DNA of 64,000 nucleotides from an uncultured bacterium (GTDB taxonomy: Bacteria; Hydrogenedentota; Hydrogenedentia; Hydrogenedentales; CAILVY01), in the NCBI GenBank assembly GCA_937951485.1, contig CALEDJ010000029.1:4589-68588 (forward strand). The letters are read 5' to 3'. Positions 1-10,700 of the stretch are shown piece by piece. Both the position numbers and the translations under genes were made by a program. Each line of letters begins with the position of its first letter. The stretch's first letter is position 1. The notes under the pieces were generated by a model. The model saw only the letters and a list, made by a program, of their open reading frames with translations. It was not told where the DNA came from and did not search any database.

Positions 1-351
1 TTGAAAACAGGATCGCTGATCCTTTTTGATGACCTGGAATACAACTACTACGACATAAACGAAAGGCAAAATCGCAGTAATGATCCCCCTGAATTAGAGA
101 TTGATTCCTACGATCCGCGAGCCCGCGTTTTACGAACACATATGTCGGAAAGTGAATTGCGCGAACCCCACGTTGGATTGATCTATAACTTGCTTGTCAA
201 AACACATCCCAATTACGGTGAATTTCGTACCTCTCAAAACGGCAACTGGGGGTGGGCCAGAAAACTACGGGATTGGGGGGAGGATTACCCCAAAAGGCGG
301 GAATGGCAGTGGACCAATATCCTGAGAAAATATATGAGCAGCGCATTATAA
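1..351 (+). CDS. hypothetical protein, 5'-truncated at window edge (C-terminal 116 aa)
   Basis: The ORF runs off the window start, so there is no start codon. Local GC is much lower than the rest of the window. No recognisable motifs. Confidence 0.3.
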   Translation: MKTGSLILFDDLEYNYYDINERQNRSNDPPELEIDSYDPRARVLRTHMSESELREPHVGLIYNLLVKTHPNYGEFRTSQNGNWGWARKLRDWGEDYPKRREWQWTNILRKYMSSAL

Positions 352-507
352 ATTTGACGCATCTGCAACCTCGTCATAGTACCAGATAGTACAATCGGAG
401 ATTTTCATAAAGAATCTGGACACCTTTCCGATAGGTCGTAGAAACTTGCAGTCGCACGGTTTGCTCTGTCAAGAGCCCCTTCAAAACGATTGCACAGATT
501 TCCCGGA

Positions 508-613
508 GAAAATGGTGAGTGCAGGGTTGCCATAGCCAGGTTCGCCCCTCTGGGCGCGCCGTGTGTCCAGTGCGCCCCTGATAAAATGGTGGGTGCAAGG
601 TTGCCATAGCCAG
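508..613. repeat. two approximately 31-bp direct repeats (AAAATGGTG(A/G)GTGCA(G/A)GGTTGCCATAGCCAG) 75 bp apart, in the convergent intergenic region
   Basis: Read directly at 508-538 and 583-613. A GC hairpin CGCCCctctGGGCG lies between them. Confidence 0.6.
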
Positions 614-637
614 TATACTTGCCGTACGACCAATTGG

Positions 638-2689
638 TTATTCCCCCTGCGGGAGAGCAGTGAGCACGACGAGGGATTTGGGCGCGAGGGCGCAGTGGCT
701 GTTGACGACGGGGCCTGCGTTGTCGTGGGGCGCGATGTCGTCGGGCGCGGGCAGGGCGGTATTGATGCGCTGCATCCAGAGGCCGGGGGGCGTTTGAAAC
801 ACAACTTCTTCCAGGGTGTTGTTGAACATCATATAAATGCCGACGCCCGCGTTTTCTCTCGGATGGACGCGGCACGCCAGCGGGGTTTCATCTGAGAACC
901 AGTCCACTTTCTCCCCATTGGGGGCGAACCAGAGCAAATCGGCGTCCTCTTCGGACATGCCGGGCGCTTTGCCCCGGTAGTAATGCGCCTGCGAGAGGGC
1001 TGGATTGCGTTTTCGGAATGCAATCATTTCGCGTGTGAAGCGCTGGAGTTCCGCCTGTTTCTCCAACAGCGTCCAGTCAAACCAGGAGATTTCGTTGTCC
1101 TGGCAGTAGGCGTTGTTATTGCCCTGCTGAGTGCGACCGAATTCATCGCCGCCAAGAAGCATCGGCACGCCCAGGGACAGGAAGAGGGTTGCGATGAAAT
1201 TTTTCTGCATACGCAGGCGCAGGGCGTTGATAGCGGGGTCGTCGGTATCGCCCTCTACACCGCAGTTCCAACTGTGGTTTTCGTTCTCGCCGTCCAGGTT
1301 GCCCTCGCCGTTCGCTTCGTTGTGTTTGTGGTTGTATGATACGAGATCCCGCAGGGTGAATCCGTCATGGCAGGTGACGAAATTGATGCTGTGTTCGGGG
1401 GTGCGGCGGTTCCACTGATAAAGATCGGCGCTGCCGGTGATACGCGACGCGAAGACGCCGCGCGTGCCGGGGTCGCCGCGCCAATAGCGCCGCACATCGT
1501 CACGGTATTTTCCGTTCCACTCGGCCCACCGCACGCCGCCGAAGGTTCCCACATGGTAGGCGCCGCCCGCATCCCAAGCCTCGGCGATAAGTTTTACGTT
1601 GCGCAGTACGGGGTCTTCGGAAATCCGGCGCACCAGCGGCGCTTCGGGGTTCACTCCGCCCTTCTGGTCGCGCCCGAGAATCGAGGCCAGGTCGAAGCGG
1701 AATCCGTCCACGTGCATCACGGCCACCCAGTAGCGCAGGCAATCCAGAATAAAATCATGCACGAGTGGATGATCACAGTTGACCGTGTTGCCGCAGCCGG
1801 AATAGTTCAGGTATTCGCCGTCCTTGAGCAAATAATAGATAACGTTGTCAATCCCGCGAAAACAGAGGGTGGGACCGCGCTCGTTGCCCTCCGAGGTGTG
1901 GTTGAACACGACATCGAGAATAATTTCGATGCCGGCGCTGTGCAGCGCATGCACCATGTTCCGGAATTCCTCCAGGTGTTCCAGGTGCTGCGCGTTGCAG
2001 GCATACCGTGCCGTCGGCGCAAAGAAGCCGATATTGCTGTAGCCCCAGTAATTGGTCAATTCCCTGCCGGTGACGAGGCTGCACCGCCCAAGCAGGTTTT
2101 CGCCGAACTCCTGGATCGGCAGCAGTTCCACCGCGGTGACGCCGAGTTCCTTCAGATATGGGATTTTTTCTATCAGCCCCTGATATGTCCCCGGATGCGC
2201 CACGCCCGAACTGGCATGCTGGGTGAAACCGCGCACATGCGTCTCGTAAATAACCGTATCTTTCATCGGCGTACGGGGGTGCTCGTCGTCCGTCCAGTCC
2301 ATATAGTCGTGCACGACAACACATTTCATCGTGCCATCATGGATATCGCCGACCATCGCGCGGGCATAGGGATCGAGCAGGTAGATGCGCGGATTGAAGC
2401 GGTGACCTGTCTTGGGGTCAAAGGGGCCGTCCATGCGGAACTTGTAGTAGGCGCCCACCTGCAATCCGCGCACGAAAATGGACCATACATCCCCAATCCG
2501 GTTCCGGTGCGGATCGAATTCGTACTCCCAAGCCGGCTCAAGGTCCTCGATGCGCTTGAAAAGCGCCAGCCAGACCCGTGTCGCATGCCGGGAAAAAACC
2601 GTGAACCGCACCCCCTCATTGTATACCGCCGTCCCCATGGGGTACGCGCGCCCCGCCATCACCTGTAATGTGGAAAAATCATTTGACAT
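638..2689 (-). CDS. glgX: glycogen debranching enzyme (GH13 isoamylase-type)
   Basis: GH13 motifs are present (VFNHTSEG, GFRFDLASIL, IAEAWDAGG). The N-terminus MSNDFSTLQVMAGRAYPMGT is GlgX-like. The ATG at 2687-2689 was checked. The ORF-track extension up to 3433 is a P/R-rich read-through that overlaps a plus-strand gene. Confidence 0.85.
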   Translation of the reverse strand: MSNDFSTLQVMAGRAYPMGTAVYNEGVRFTVFSRHATRVWLALFKRIEDLEPAWEYEFDPHRNRIGDVWSIFVRGLQVGAYYKFRMDGPFDPKTGHRFNPRIYLLDPYARAMVGDIHDGTMKCVVVHDYMDWTDDEHPRTPMKDTVIYETHVRGFTQHASSGVAHPGTYQGLIEKIPYLKELGVTAVELLPIQEFGENLLGRCSLVTGRELTNYWGYSNIGFFAPTARYACNAQHLEHLEEFRNMVHALHSAGIEIILDVVFNHTSEGNERGPTLCFRGIDNVIYYLLKDGEYLNYSGCGNTVNCDHPLVHDFILDCLRYWVAVMHVDGFRFDLASILGRDQKGGVNPEAPLVRRISEDPVLRNVKLIAEAWDAGGAYHVGTFGGVRWAEWNGKYRDDVRRYWRGDPGTRGVFASRITGSADLYQWNRRTPEHSINFVTCHDGFTLRDLVSYNHKHNEANGEGNLDGENENHSWNCGVEGDTDDPAINALRLRMQKNFIATLFLSLGVPMLLGGDEFGRTQQGNNNAYCQDNEISWFDWTLLEKQAELQRFTREMIAFRKRNPALSQAHYYRGKAPGMSEEDADLLWFAPNGEKVDWFSDETPLACRVHPRENAGVGIYMMFNNTLEEVVFQTPPGLWMQRINTALPAPDDIAPHDNAGPVVNSHCALAPKSLVVLTALPQGE

Positions 2690-2901
2690 GCCCTGCACGC
2701 TCCGATCGTTCGCGCTATTTTGACGAATTCGGCCGCGCCGTTCAATGTACCCGCATGGCAGACAGCGATTCCGCAATTGGAGGTAGAGAAGCGGATAATT
2801 CCGGAATCGCTGAAATTGGCCGCTGTCTCCTTGACATGTTACGGGGCAAGGTGGACAATGCGGGGAGACCGGGACAACCGAATTGGAAGTGCGGGAGACA
2901 C

Positions 2902-3684
2902 ATGATGAGTGAATCAGTGGTGAAGAAGGGAATTGCGTTGCAGTTGTATACGCTGCGGGACCCGGCAAGGAAGGACCTCGCGGGAACTTTGAAGCGGGCG
3001 AAGGAGACAGGATTCGACTATGTGCAATGGAGCGGCATGCCGGACCTGCCGGCGGCGGAAATCCGCGCGCATCTGGACGCGGCGGGACTGAAGGCCATTG
3101 CGGGGCACCACGGCGTAGAGCCGTTTGAAAAGGATTTTGATGGGTCGGTGCAGTATTGGAAGACCATCGGCGCATTGGATGTGGCTCCCGGAGGCATGAT
3201 GAACGACTGCCGCGACTCGCTGGAGGCGTGGCGGCGCGGGGCGGCGCGGCTGGATGCGTTGGGTGCGCGCCTGCGCGCGGTCGGCATGCGGCTCTCGTAT
3301 CACAACCACGCGTTCGAGTTCGAGACGTTTCCGGAAGACCCGCGCGCAAAACTGGATATCTTGTACGAAGAGACGGCGCCGGGGCATCTTTTTGCGGAGA
3401 TTGACACGGCATGGGTGCAGGTGGGCGGCGCAAATCCGGCGGAATACCTGCGCAAGTATTCCGGGCGTTGTCCGGTGATCCATGTCAAGGACCTCGCAAA
3501 AGAGACGCTCGGAGGCCGTCCGATTTTTACGCCGCTGGGCAAGGGGGTGCTGGCTTGGGATGAGATTCTCGCCGCGGCGGAAGACGCGCGCGTGGAGTGG
3601 TATGTGTACGAACAGGACACCCACGCTGGTGATCCTTTTGAAAACGCACGTATTAGTTACGAGTTTCTGAAACAGAGCCTTTGA
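2902..3684 (+). CDS. sugar phosphate isomerase/epimerase (xylose isomerase-like TIM barrel)
   Basis: Motifs ALQLYTLRD and SYHNHAFEFE are present. The ATG at 2902 is preceded by GGGAGACA. The upstream part of the ORF-track frame is a likely artifact. Confidence 0.75.
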   Translation: MMSESVVKKGIALQLYTLRDPARKDLAGTLKRAKETGFDYVQWSGMPDLPAAEIRAHLDAAGLKAIAGHHGVEPFEKDFDGSVQYWKTIGALDVAPGGMMNDCRDSLEAWRRGAARLDALGARLRAVGMRLSYHNHAFEFETFPEDPRAKLDILYEETAPGHLFAEIDTAWVQVGGANPAEYLRKYSGRCPVIHVKDLAKETLGGRPIFTPLGKGVLAWDEILAAAEDARVEWYVYEQDTHAGDPFENARISYEFLKQSL

Positions 3685-3706
3685 CCATTTCCGGGAGGGA
3701 GAATTT

Positions 3707-4471
3707 ATGGGAATGCTGCCGTTCGCGCTGCAATTGTATTCGGTGCGCGACCATCTGGAACGCGATCCGGAAAGCGCCCTGGCCAAGGTGAAAGCCATGG
3801 GCTATGACCATGTTGAAATCGCCGGGACCGCCGGAAAAAGCGCCGAACAATACAAGGCGATACTGGACCGCATCGGTCTGAAGCCGATCAGCATGCATGT
3901 AGGCTATGACGCGCTGACCGGGGACCTGGATGCGGTGATCGCAGACCTCAAGACCTTCGGACTGCGCTTCGCCGTCGTGCCATGGCTCGGACCGCCGCTC
4001 TGTCCCGACAAGGCGGGATGGATCGCGGCGGCGGAGACGTTGGACGCCGCAGGCGCTCGGCTGCGCGAAGAGGGCGTCCGCCTCTGCTACCACAATCATG
4101 CCCATGAATTTAAGCGGATTGAAGGTGAATATATCCTGGACATTATCTTCAATCACGCGAAGCCGGAGCATCTGGCGTCGCAACTGGACACCTGTTGGGC
4201 GCACGTCGGCGGCGCAAACCCGCTGACGATGATGCAGAAATACTGCGGGCGCGTGCCGCTGGTGCATATCAAGGATTACACGGGTGCGCGCGATGCCGAG
4301 GGCCGCGTCACCTTTGTCGAGGTCGGTTGCGGCTGCATGGACTGGGATCCCATTTTCGATGCGGCGGCCTCCTGCGGGGTCGAGTGGCTGATCGTGGAAC
4401 AAGATGAATCGCAGGGGGATTCATTGGAAAGCGCTGCAATGAGCGCCCGGTTCATGATGGCCCGGACATAA
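3707..4471 (+). CDS. sugar phosphate isomerase/epimerase (xylose isomerase-like TIM barrel), tandem paralog
   Basis: Motifs LQLYSVRDHL and CYHNHAHEF are present. An RBS GGGAGGGAG lies upstream. Confidence 0.75.
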   Translation: MGMLPFALQLYSVRDHLERDPESALAKVKAMGYDHVEIAGTAGKSAEQYKAILDRIGLKPISMHVGYDALTGDLDAVIADLKTFGLRFAVVPWLGPPLCPDKAGWIAAAETLDAAGARLREEGVRLCYHNHAHEFKRIEGEYILDIIFNHAKPEHLASQLDTCWAHVGGANPLTMMQKYCGRVPLVHIKDYTGARDAEGRVTFVEVGCGCMDWDPIFDAAASCGVEWLIVEQDESQGDSLESAAMSARFMMART

Positions 4472-4520
4472 CGCCCAACGCGACGGCGTGGTACATATGC
4501 AAGCAAACACTGGAGAGATA

Positions 4521-5483
4521 ATGCGCGGGATTGTCGTCGCGGCCATGATGACGTTACTGTTGGTTGCCGCGGGATGCGAACAGGGCGTCGTCGTGCGGGG
4601 ACGTGTGGTGGATGTGAAGGGCGAAGGGCTGCCGGGGGTCGCGGTGACAGCGCGGGGCGTGGAGCGACAGACCACGACCAACGCCGCGGGACGCTACACG
4701 TTGCGCTGCGCGCCGGGCGTGGTGACGCTTGACTTTATCAAGACAGGCTACACCCAGGGTACGCTGCAGGTGGAGGCCCGGCGCACCGGCGTAATGGACG
4801 TGCGTGAGGCCCTGCTGTGGCTGTTGCCTCCCGCCAAGGGAGTGTATTTATTTCAAGACTACCGCTATCTCGAAGCGACCCGCGCCGACCCTAAGCGATA
4901 TGTGGAGAAAGACCGCGGTCCGATCTTCGCTGTGAAACGCGAGCCGGACCTTGTCCTGCGTCAGCCCTTTGGCGGACCGGAAGTGGTTCCGGGCGCACCC
5001 GCATTGATCGCTTTTAAGATGCCGCCTTACGACGCGCGGCTCTACCGGCTGCATCAGATCGAGGCCCATCCGCCGGAATACCGGCCGGCCGTTGCGACAA
5101 CTCCGACCGACGCACCCGCCGCCGCGCCCCAGCGCAGGGTTCCGCCCCCCGCCATCGAAACAGTGTGGGCAGCCGCCGACAACATCCCCATCATCGTCGC
5201 CCCTATTGACGAACCCGAACGCCTCCTCCTCGAACTTCGTCCCGCAACGCCGCTGATGCCCGGCATTTACGCCGTGCATTGGGGCGCCTTTGACGGGCAC
5301 GTCTCCACTGACCCCAGCATCTTCCTCTTCCGCATCGCCGACCCGGAGGAGGAAGCGGAAGGAAAGGAAGAGAGCGCGGAAGAAAACGACGAGACGCCAT
5401 CAGCAACAACATCGGCAGTTCAACCCACCATGGACGACATCCCTGATGCGGAAGCGATGGAACCGACCACATCGGGGGAGTAA
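4521..5483 (+). CDS. lipoprotein with carboxypeptidase-regulatory-like (CarboxypepD_reg) domain and acidic C-terminal tail
   Basis: A signal peptide plus lipobox LLVAAGC follows the start. The motif VRGRVVD...GLPGVAVTA...TTTNAAGRYTL is present. The ATG at 4521 follows GGAGAGATA. Confidence 0.55.
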   Translation: MRGIVVAAMMTLLLVAAGCEQGVVVRGRVVDVKGEGLPGVAVTARGVERQTTTNAAGRYTLRCAPGVVTLDFIKTGYTQGTLQVEARRTGVMDVREALLWLLPPAKGVYLFQDYRYLEATRADPKRYVEKDRGPIFAVKREPDLVLRQPFGGPEVVPGAPALIAFKMPPYDARLYRLHQIEAHPPEYRPAVATTPTDAPAAAPQRRVPPPAIETVWAAADNIPIIVAPIDEPERLLLELRPATPLMPGIYAVHWGAFDGHVSTDPSIFLFRIADPEEEAEGKEESAEENDETPSATTSAVQPTMDDIPDAEAMEPTTSGE

Positions 5484-5497
5484 TAAACCAGCAGGGG

Positions 5498-5683
5498 TTG
5501 CGCATGAACAGCAAAATAATGAAAATTGAAGATGCCATGCGTATCGAGGATGCGCCGTCCTGGCGGGAAGTGGATCGGAATCGCGCAGGTAATCTGCTTG
5601 CGGCGGCGCGAATCAAGGCCGGCCCTACCCAAGCGCAACTCGCTGAAAAAAACGCCATCCGTCAGAACATGGTCAGCGAATAA
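5498..5683 (+). CDS. small ORF with a C-terminal HTH-like segment (possible truncated XRE-family regulator)
   Basis: The segment GPTQAQLAEKNAIRQNMVSE resembles an XRE helix-turn-helix. The ORF ends immediately after it. Confidence 0.2.
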   Translation: MRMNSKIMKIEDAMRIEDAPSWREVDRNRAGNLLAAARIKAGPTQAQLAEKNAIRQNMVSE

Positions 5684-5848
5684 GAGCGGGGTCGGCAGCC
5701 GCCGAGCGCATCCATGGCCAGGCGCTTCAGCAAAGCATTGAAGATCAAGATGGAACGTTTCATTGCGCGCACTGATTGGCGCCAGAAGAAGTGATCTTGC
5801 GGGATTTCCTCGGCGCTGCCCCCATAATTCCCGTCTCGTTTCCCCTGC

Positions 5849-6805
5849 TCACTCCATCGCCTCGGCTTCCTCTCTGGCCTTTTGCATGATCTCCGCCGTC
5901 TGGTGCCAAGTGGGCGCGGGGAGCGGCGCATCAGCGGCGGGAACGATACTTTCGATGTGTTCGGGGGTCTTGATGCCGACGATGGCACTGGTGACGGCGG
6001 GGTGGGTGAGCACCCACCGGATGGCGAGTTGGGCGACGGTCAGTTTGAGCGGCTTTGCGATGGCCTTTAATTCATCGAGCGCATCGAGAATGCGATGGAA
6101 AGCGCGGCCTGTGTACAGGCCGTAGTTCGCGCGGCTGTCGGTGAATTGCTGGTCGCGGGCGTATTTCCCGGTAAGCAGGCCACGATAGAGCGGCGAATAG
6201 GGAATGACGCCAATCCGGTGTTGCAGACAATAGGGGAATTCGCGTTCTTCGGGTTCGCGGGCAAGCAGATTGTAATGCGGCTGATGACATTCCACGTCAA
6301 TAAATTGGCGGTACATGGCAATCTGTTCCACATTGAGATTGCTCACCCCCACCCACCGGATTTTGCCCTCCTGCTTCAGGCGCGCCAGCGCCGCCGCCGT
6401 CTCCTCGGGCCGCGTCAGCGGGTCCCATGCGTGAATCTGGAAGAGGTCAATTCTGTCGGTCTTGAGACGCCGCAGAGAGTCTTCGCATTCGGAGATGGTG
6501 AACGCATAGGTGGTTTCCGGATAGCGCGCCTTTCCCTTGAAATTCCAATAGAATTTCGTGGCGATGAAGAACTTGTCGCGGAGTTTGCGCTTCTTGAGGT
6601 AATCGCCGAGACATTCCTCGGCGTAACCTTCGCCGTAGGCCCCTGCGGTATCAATAAAGTTGACGCCGAGTTCCACCGCGCGGTCAATGGCTCTGCGCCA
6701 CGGCCCCAGCGGCACCTTGCCCCAGAAACGCGGCGAGAGTTGCCAGCACCCGAAACAAATCCGCGATACGATCAGGTCCGTTTTGCCGAGTTGGATATAC
6801 TGCAT
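5849..6805 (-). CDS. aldo/keto reductase
   Basis: The N-terminus MQYIQLGKTDLIVSRICFGCW and the motif IDTAGAYGEGYAEE match the AKR fold. The ATG at 6803-6805 has an RBS AAGGAGATC. Confidence 0.85.
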   Translation of the reverse strand: MQYIQLGKTDLIVSRICFGCWQLSPRFWGKVPLGPWRRAIDRAVELGVNFIDTAGAYGEGYAEECLGDYLKKRKLRDKFFIATKFYWNFKGKARYPETTYAFTISECEDSLRRLKTDRIDLFQIHAWDPLTRPEETAAALARLKQEGKIRWVGVSNLNVEQIAMYRQFIDVECHQPHYNLLAREPEEREFPYCLQHRIGVIPYSPLYRGLLTGKYARDQQFTDSRANYGLYTGRAFHRILDALDELKAIAKPLKLTVAQLAIRWVLTHPAVTSAIVGIKTPEHIESIVPAADAPLPAPTWHQTAEIMQKAREEAEAME

Positions 6806-6816
6806 GGTTGATCTCC

Positions 6817-7737
6817 TTATATCCCCTCCAGAACGCCCACCCGCAATTCGTTGGTATTGTTGGGTCGCGATGCTTCGAAATAAACAAAAACACGGTCGCC
6901 GGCGCGCAGCCAATGGGAATAGCGCCAGGTATGGTAGTCGCCGGGGGTGTCGCTTTTCAGCAGGGGCGCGTCGGGCGTCAGATCGTAGAAGCGTCGCAAA
7001 TCGGGGCTGAACGCCAATCCCGTGGCGATGTTGTATGCGGGATCGGTCCAGGTGAAATGGGAACCTTCATAAACGAACAGGTACCCCAGCGGCATCGGCA
7101 GCACACTGGCGGGGCGGGTGAAGAAGTTGTGCCAGCCGGTGTTCTCCATGATGGGCGCGGGGCCGGCAAGCGTCCACCTCTCGCCATCATCGCCGGCGAA
7201 ATGGTGGATGCGCTCCACGAAATCGCAGCCGATCACCATCATGTGCCAGCGGCCTTCGGCGAAAAACACCACGGGGTCTTTGTATCCGGTGAAGGCGGGA
7301 TATCGGTCCGTGTTTGGCTTATGCTCCAGGACGGGTCGGGCGCTTATTGCACGAAAGTCAGCGGGGTCAGCGGCGTCATCGAAGCGGATAATCCACCAGC
7401 CGCGACCATTGGTGGCGCAACCGTAGAGCCGGAACTTGCCGCTTGCCTGGTCAAAAACCAACGCGGGGCGCTCGAATCCCTCCACACCCGCCGCCTCGCG
7501 CGTGAGCCGGTTCACTGTCGCGAAATGGATGCCATCGGTGCTCTTGAGAATGCGGATTTCATAACCGCGTCGCCCGCGCGGCGAGTCCGCTTCGCGCATG
7601 CGGGCCGCCACGTAGAATGCGCCATCCGCCCCCAGTGCCGCGCTGGGTGCGCCCGCCCACCAGTCCGTCACATTCTTGTCGGGTTCCAGCACCACGTGGT
7701 ATTGCGTCAATGCCGCTGCAATCTCCCCGATATTCAT
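6817..7737 (-). CDS. beta-propeller glycosidase-like protein (GH43/GH130/DUF377-like fold)
   Basis: Motifs WWAGAPSA and DPVVFFAEGRWHMMV suggest a 5-bladed propeller glycosidase or phosphorylase. The family assignment is tentative. Confidence 0.5.
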   Translation of the reverse strand: MNIGEIAAALTQYHVVLEPDKNVTDWWAGAPSAALGADGAFYVAARMREADSPRGRRGYEIRILKSTDGIHFATVNRLTREAAGVEGFERPALVFDQASGKFRLYGCATNGRGWWIIRFDDAADPADFRAISARPVLEHKPNTDRYPAFTGYKDPVVFFAEGRWHMMVIGCDFVERIHHFAGDDGERWTLAGPAPIMENTGWHNFFTRPASVLPMPLGYLFVYEGSHFTWTDPAYNIATGLAFSPDLRRFYDLTPDAPLLKSDTPGDYHTWRYSHWLRAGDRVFVYFEASRPNNTNELRVGVLEGI

Positions 7738-7782
7738 GGCCTTTTCTCCTCACATGCATTCTATCCAAAGCAACGCGTTATG

Positions 7783-10700
7783 TCATGTGTAACGCGCGTC
7801 GGGATGATAACTGACCACGGCAGCGGTGGCCCCGGTGGGGCTGAACTCGCCGGCCTCCGTGATGCTGACGCCAATGGCCTCGCCCGCGCCGAGGCATTCC
7901 ATGATTACCCGGTTCATCATGATATTGCGCATGCCGGGATAGCCGGGCGACCAGCGCTGGCCCGCGTCAGGCGCCAGTCCCAGCAAATGGCGCTGTTCGC
8001 GGTGCAGATATTCCGCCATGTCTTCGGCGATGCGGTCCGACAGCCCCTGCAAGAACAGGGCCGATTCGGAATCGCCTGCCGCGCGGAATTCCTTTATCAC
8101 CTCATCCACCTGCGGACCGCTGCATGCGATTTGCAACCCGGCGGCCCCCATGATGCCGGAATCTCTGGAGGGAAAATACTGCGCACCGGAAACCAGGTCC
8201 GTCTTGGCCGCGCCGATGACCACCGTGAATTCGATGCGGGCGAGTTCTCTTCCGGGGTCCTCAGGATCGTAGAGGATAATCTCATCGCTGTCGGATTGGC
8301 AGGGATAGATGCCCATGACGCCCTGCGGCTTGAGCCAGCCTTGCGCAGTGGCCTTGCGCACCCATTCCCGGAACAGCGCTTCCAGTTCCTCGCGCGTATG
8401 GCCGCTGCGCTCCCAGGCGCTCACGCCGCCAAAGCGCCAATTGAGACTGAACAGGGTCTTGGTGTCTATATGCCGGGCGAAATCCGCCAGCGCATATTCA
8501 TAGCGTCGCTGCTGGAAACGCGGTTGCGGCGGCAGGCGATAGTGGTCGAAGGACACCACGCGGCGCGGCAATGTCGCCAGATGACTCTCCTCTTCAGCGG
8601 CGCGTTTCTCGGCGCGCTCAAGTCGAAGCAACAGTTTCTGCCGGTTTTCCGCGAACACGCGGGAGAGGTCCTGCCCTGACCTGATCATATTCATGATGTT
8701 CACGCCGTCCATGGCAGTGCGGCAATAGAAGACATCGCCGCGCATCTTGCTTTTGTCGTCCTGTCCGGCCATGGCCACATATGCGGCGTGCCGGGGACTG
8801 ACCGGCGCGCCCCCGATCAGCACAGGGATGTCCAGCCCCTGTTCCTGCATCATGCGCGAGACGGTGATCATGTGATTCGAGGTCTGCACGAGCAATGCCG
8901 ACATGCCGATGGCGTGTGCATGATGTTCGCGCGCGGCGTCAATGAAGCGCTGCAGGGGCGTCATGGCGCCGAGGTCAATCACGCGGTAGCCGTAGTTTTC
9001 CAGCAAGGTCCGCGCGAGGTCCTTGCCGATGGAATGCACATCCTGATACACCGTGCCGATGACCACCACGCCCTTATATTCCACCACATCCTGCATGGCG
9101 CGCCCGGAGGCATTGCGCATGTAGGCTTCGAGGAAACCCATCGCCTGGCGCATCACATCGGCGGATTTCAGCAGGTGCGGCAGCGACACCTCGCCGCGCC
9201 CGAAGGCGTCGCCCAGTTCCTGCATGGCGCGCATGAGATAATCGTTAATGAAATCCAGCGGTTCGTGTTTTTCCATCGCCTGCGCCACTTCCAGCACGAT
9301 GCGGTCGGCGTAGGCGTATTCGTGTCCGCGAAAGACCAGCGTTCCCGGAGTGCGGTCCTTGTAGCCGTCCTTGATCTTCTCGCAGATTGCAGTCTCCAGC
9401 GGCAGTTCGTCATACGAAACGCGGCGTTGGACCGCCCCGCCCTTCCTGGCTTCGGCAATGACCTCCAATTCCGCGAAGGCGTCCATGTCGTGTTCGAGAA
9501 TGACCCGCTTTCCCAGCGCGTAGTCCTTCGGGTCCAGATCCTCCACAAAGACATAGTGATTCGGATTGAGAATCGCGGCATCCAGGCCGCGCTTGCGCGC
9601 CTCGTCCAGAAAAACCGACGTGAGCACGGTGCGCATATGGGGCTTCTTCGCCAAGCCGTTGGTGAGATTGCCCACGCCCAGCGAAGTACGGACATCTGGA
9701 AAGCGGTCCTTGACCAGCGCCACCGCCTCGATGGACTCCAGGGCAAAGTTCGTGTCCTCGCCGGATTCCGACCCGATGGGAAATACGTTCACATCCACAA
9801 AAATGCGGCCGGGCGGCACACCGTGCATGTCGCGCGCGCGCGTGATGATTTGCGTCGCCAGATCGAGTTTTTCTTCGGCGGTGGCCGCAGGGCCTCTCGG
9901 TCCGGTGCACAGCGCGATATAGACGGGGTCGAACGCCCGGGTCGCCTCGATGACCGCATCAATCTTCAAGATTCCCGGCCCGGCCTCTTCCATAGAGATG
10001 GAATTGATCATCGGGCGGCCGGCATACACCTTCACCGCCGCCGCCAGCGCATCCGCCTGAAACGAATCAAGGCACATCGCCCCCGCCAGTCCGGCGCTCT
10101 GGATGTGCACCACCTCCTGCAGCGTCTTCACGGTGTCAAGCTGGTTGGAATCCATGCAGACGTCAATGACCTCGCATCCCAGGTCGTCAATCTGCTCGTG
10201 CGCCACCTCCTCGAGCACGTCGTGGTTGATGCCGGTGTCGTTTTCCACCGCGTCGCGCACTTTCTTTGATCCGCGCACATTGAGTCGCTCGCCGATGCGG
10301 ATCAGTGTCTTCGATCCATCCAGAAGGACGGCCTCTTCCATGCCCGACACATACAGCCCCGGCTGCGGCGCGCGCGGGCGCGGCTTTACATTCCGCACCG
10401 CTTCCGCCACGCAACGGATATGGTCCGGGCGGGTGCCGCAGCAGCCGCCGACAATGTTGACGCCGTACTCCTCGACGAATTGCCGCTGAAATGCCGCGAA
10501 ACGGTCCGGGGAAAACTTGAAGACGGTCTTGCCGTTTTCGGATTCCGGCAAACCGGCATTGGGAATGACCGATATCGGCAGCGGCGAGAAGCGCGCGAGT
10601 TTCTCCACGCTTCGCACCATCAAATCGGGACCGATGGAGCAGTTGATGCCGAAGGCGTCAATGCCCATCCCCGCAATGCTGACCAGCGCGGCGTGGATGT

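Noticed and set aside
1367-2668. 433-aa plus-strand ORF
   Set aside because: Antisense to glgX. No motifs. A high-GC antisense frame artifact.
2690-3433. 744-nt N-terminal extension of the glgX ORF (P/R/A-rich, 248 aa)
   Set aside because: Low-complexity translation typical of out-of-frame high-GC DNA. It overlaps the well-supported plus-strand isomerase gene. A good GlgX N-terminus begins at the internal ATG at 2687-2689.
8788-10269. 493-aa plus-strand ORF
   Set aside because: Antisense to metH. H/R/G-rich and spurious.
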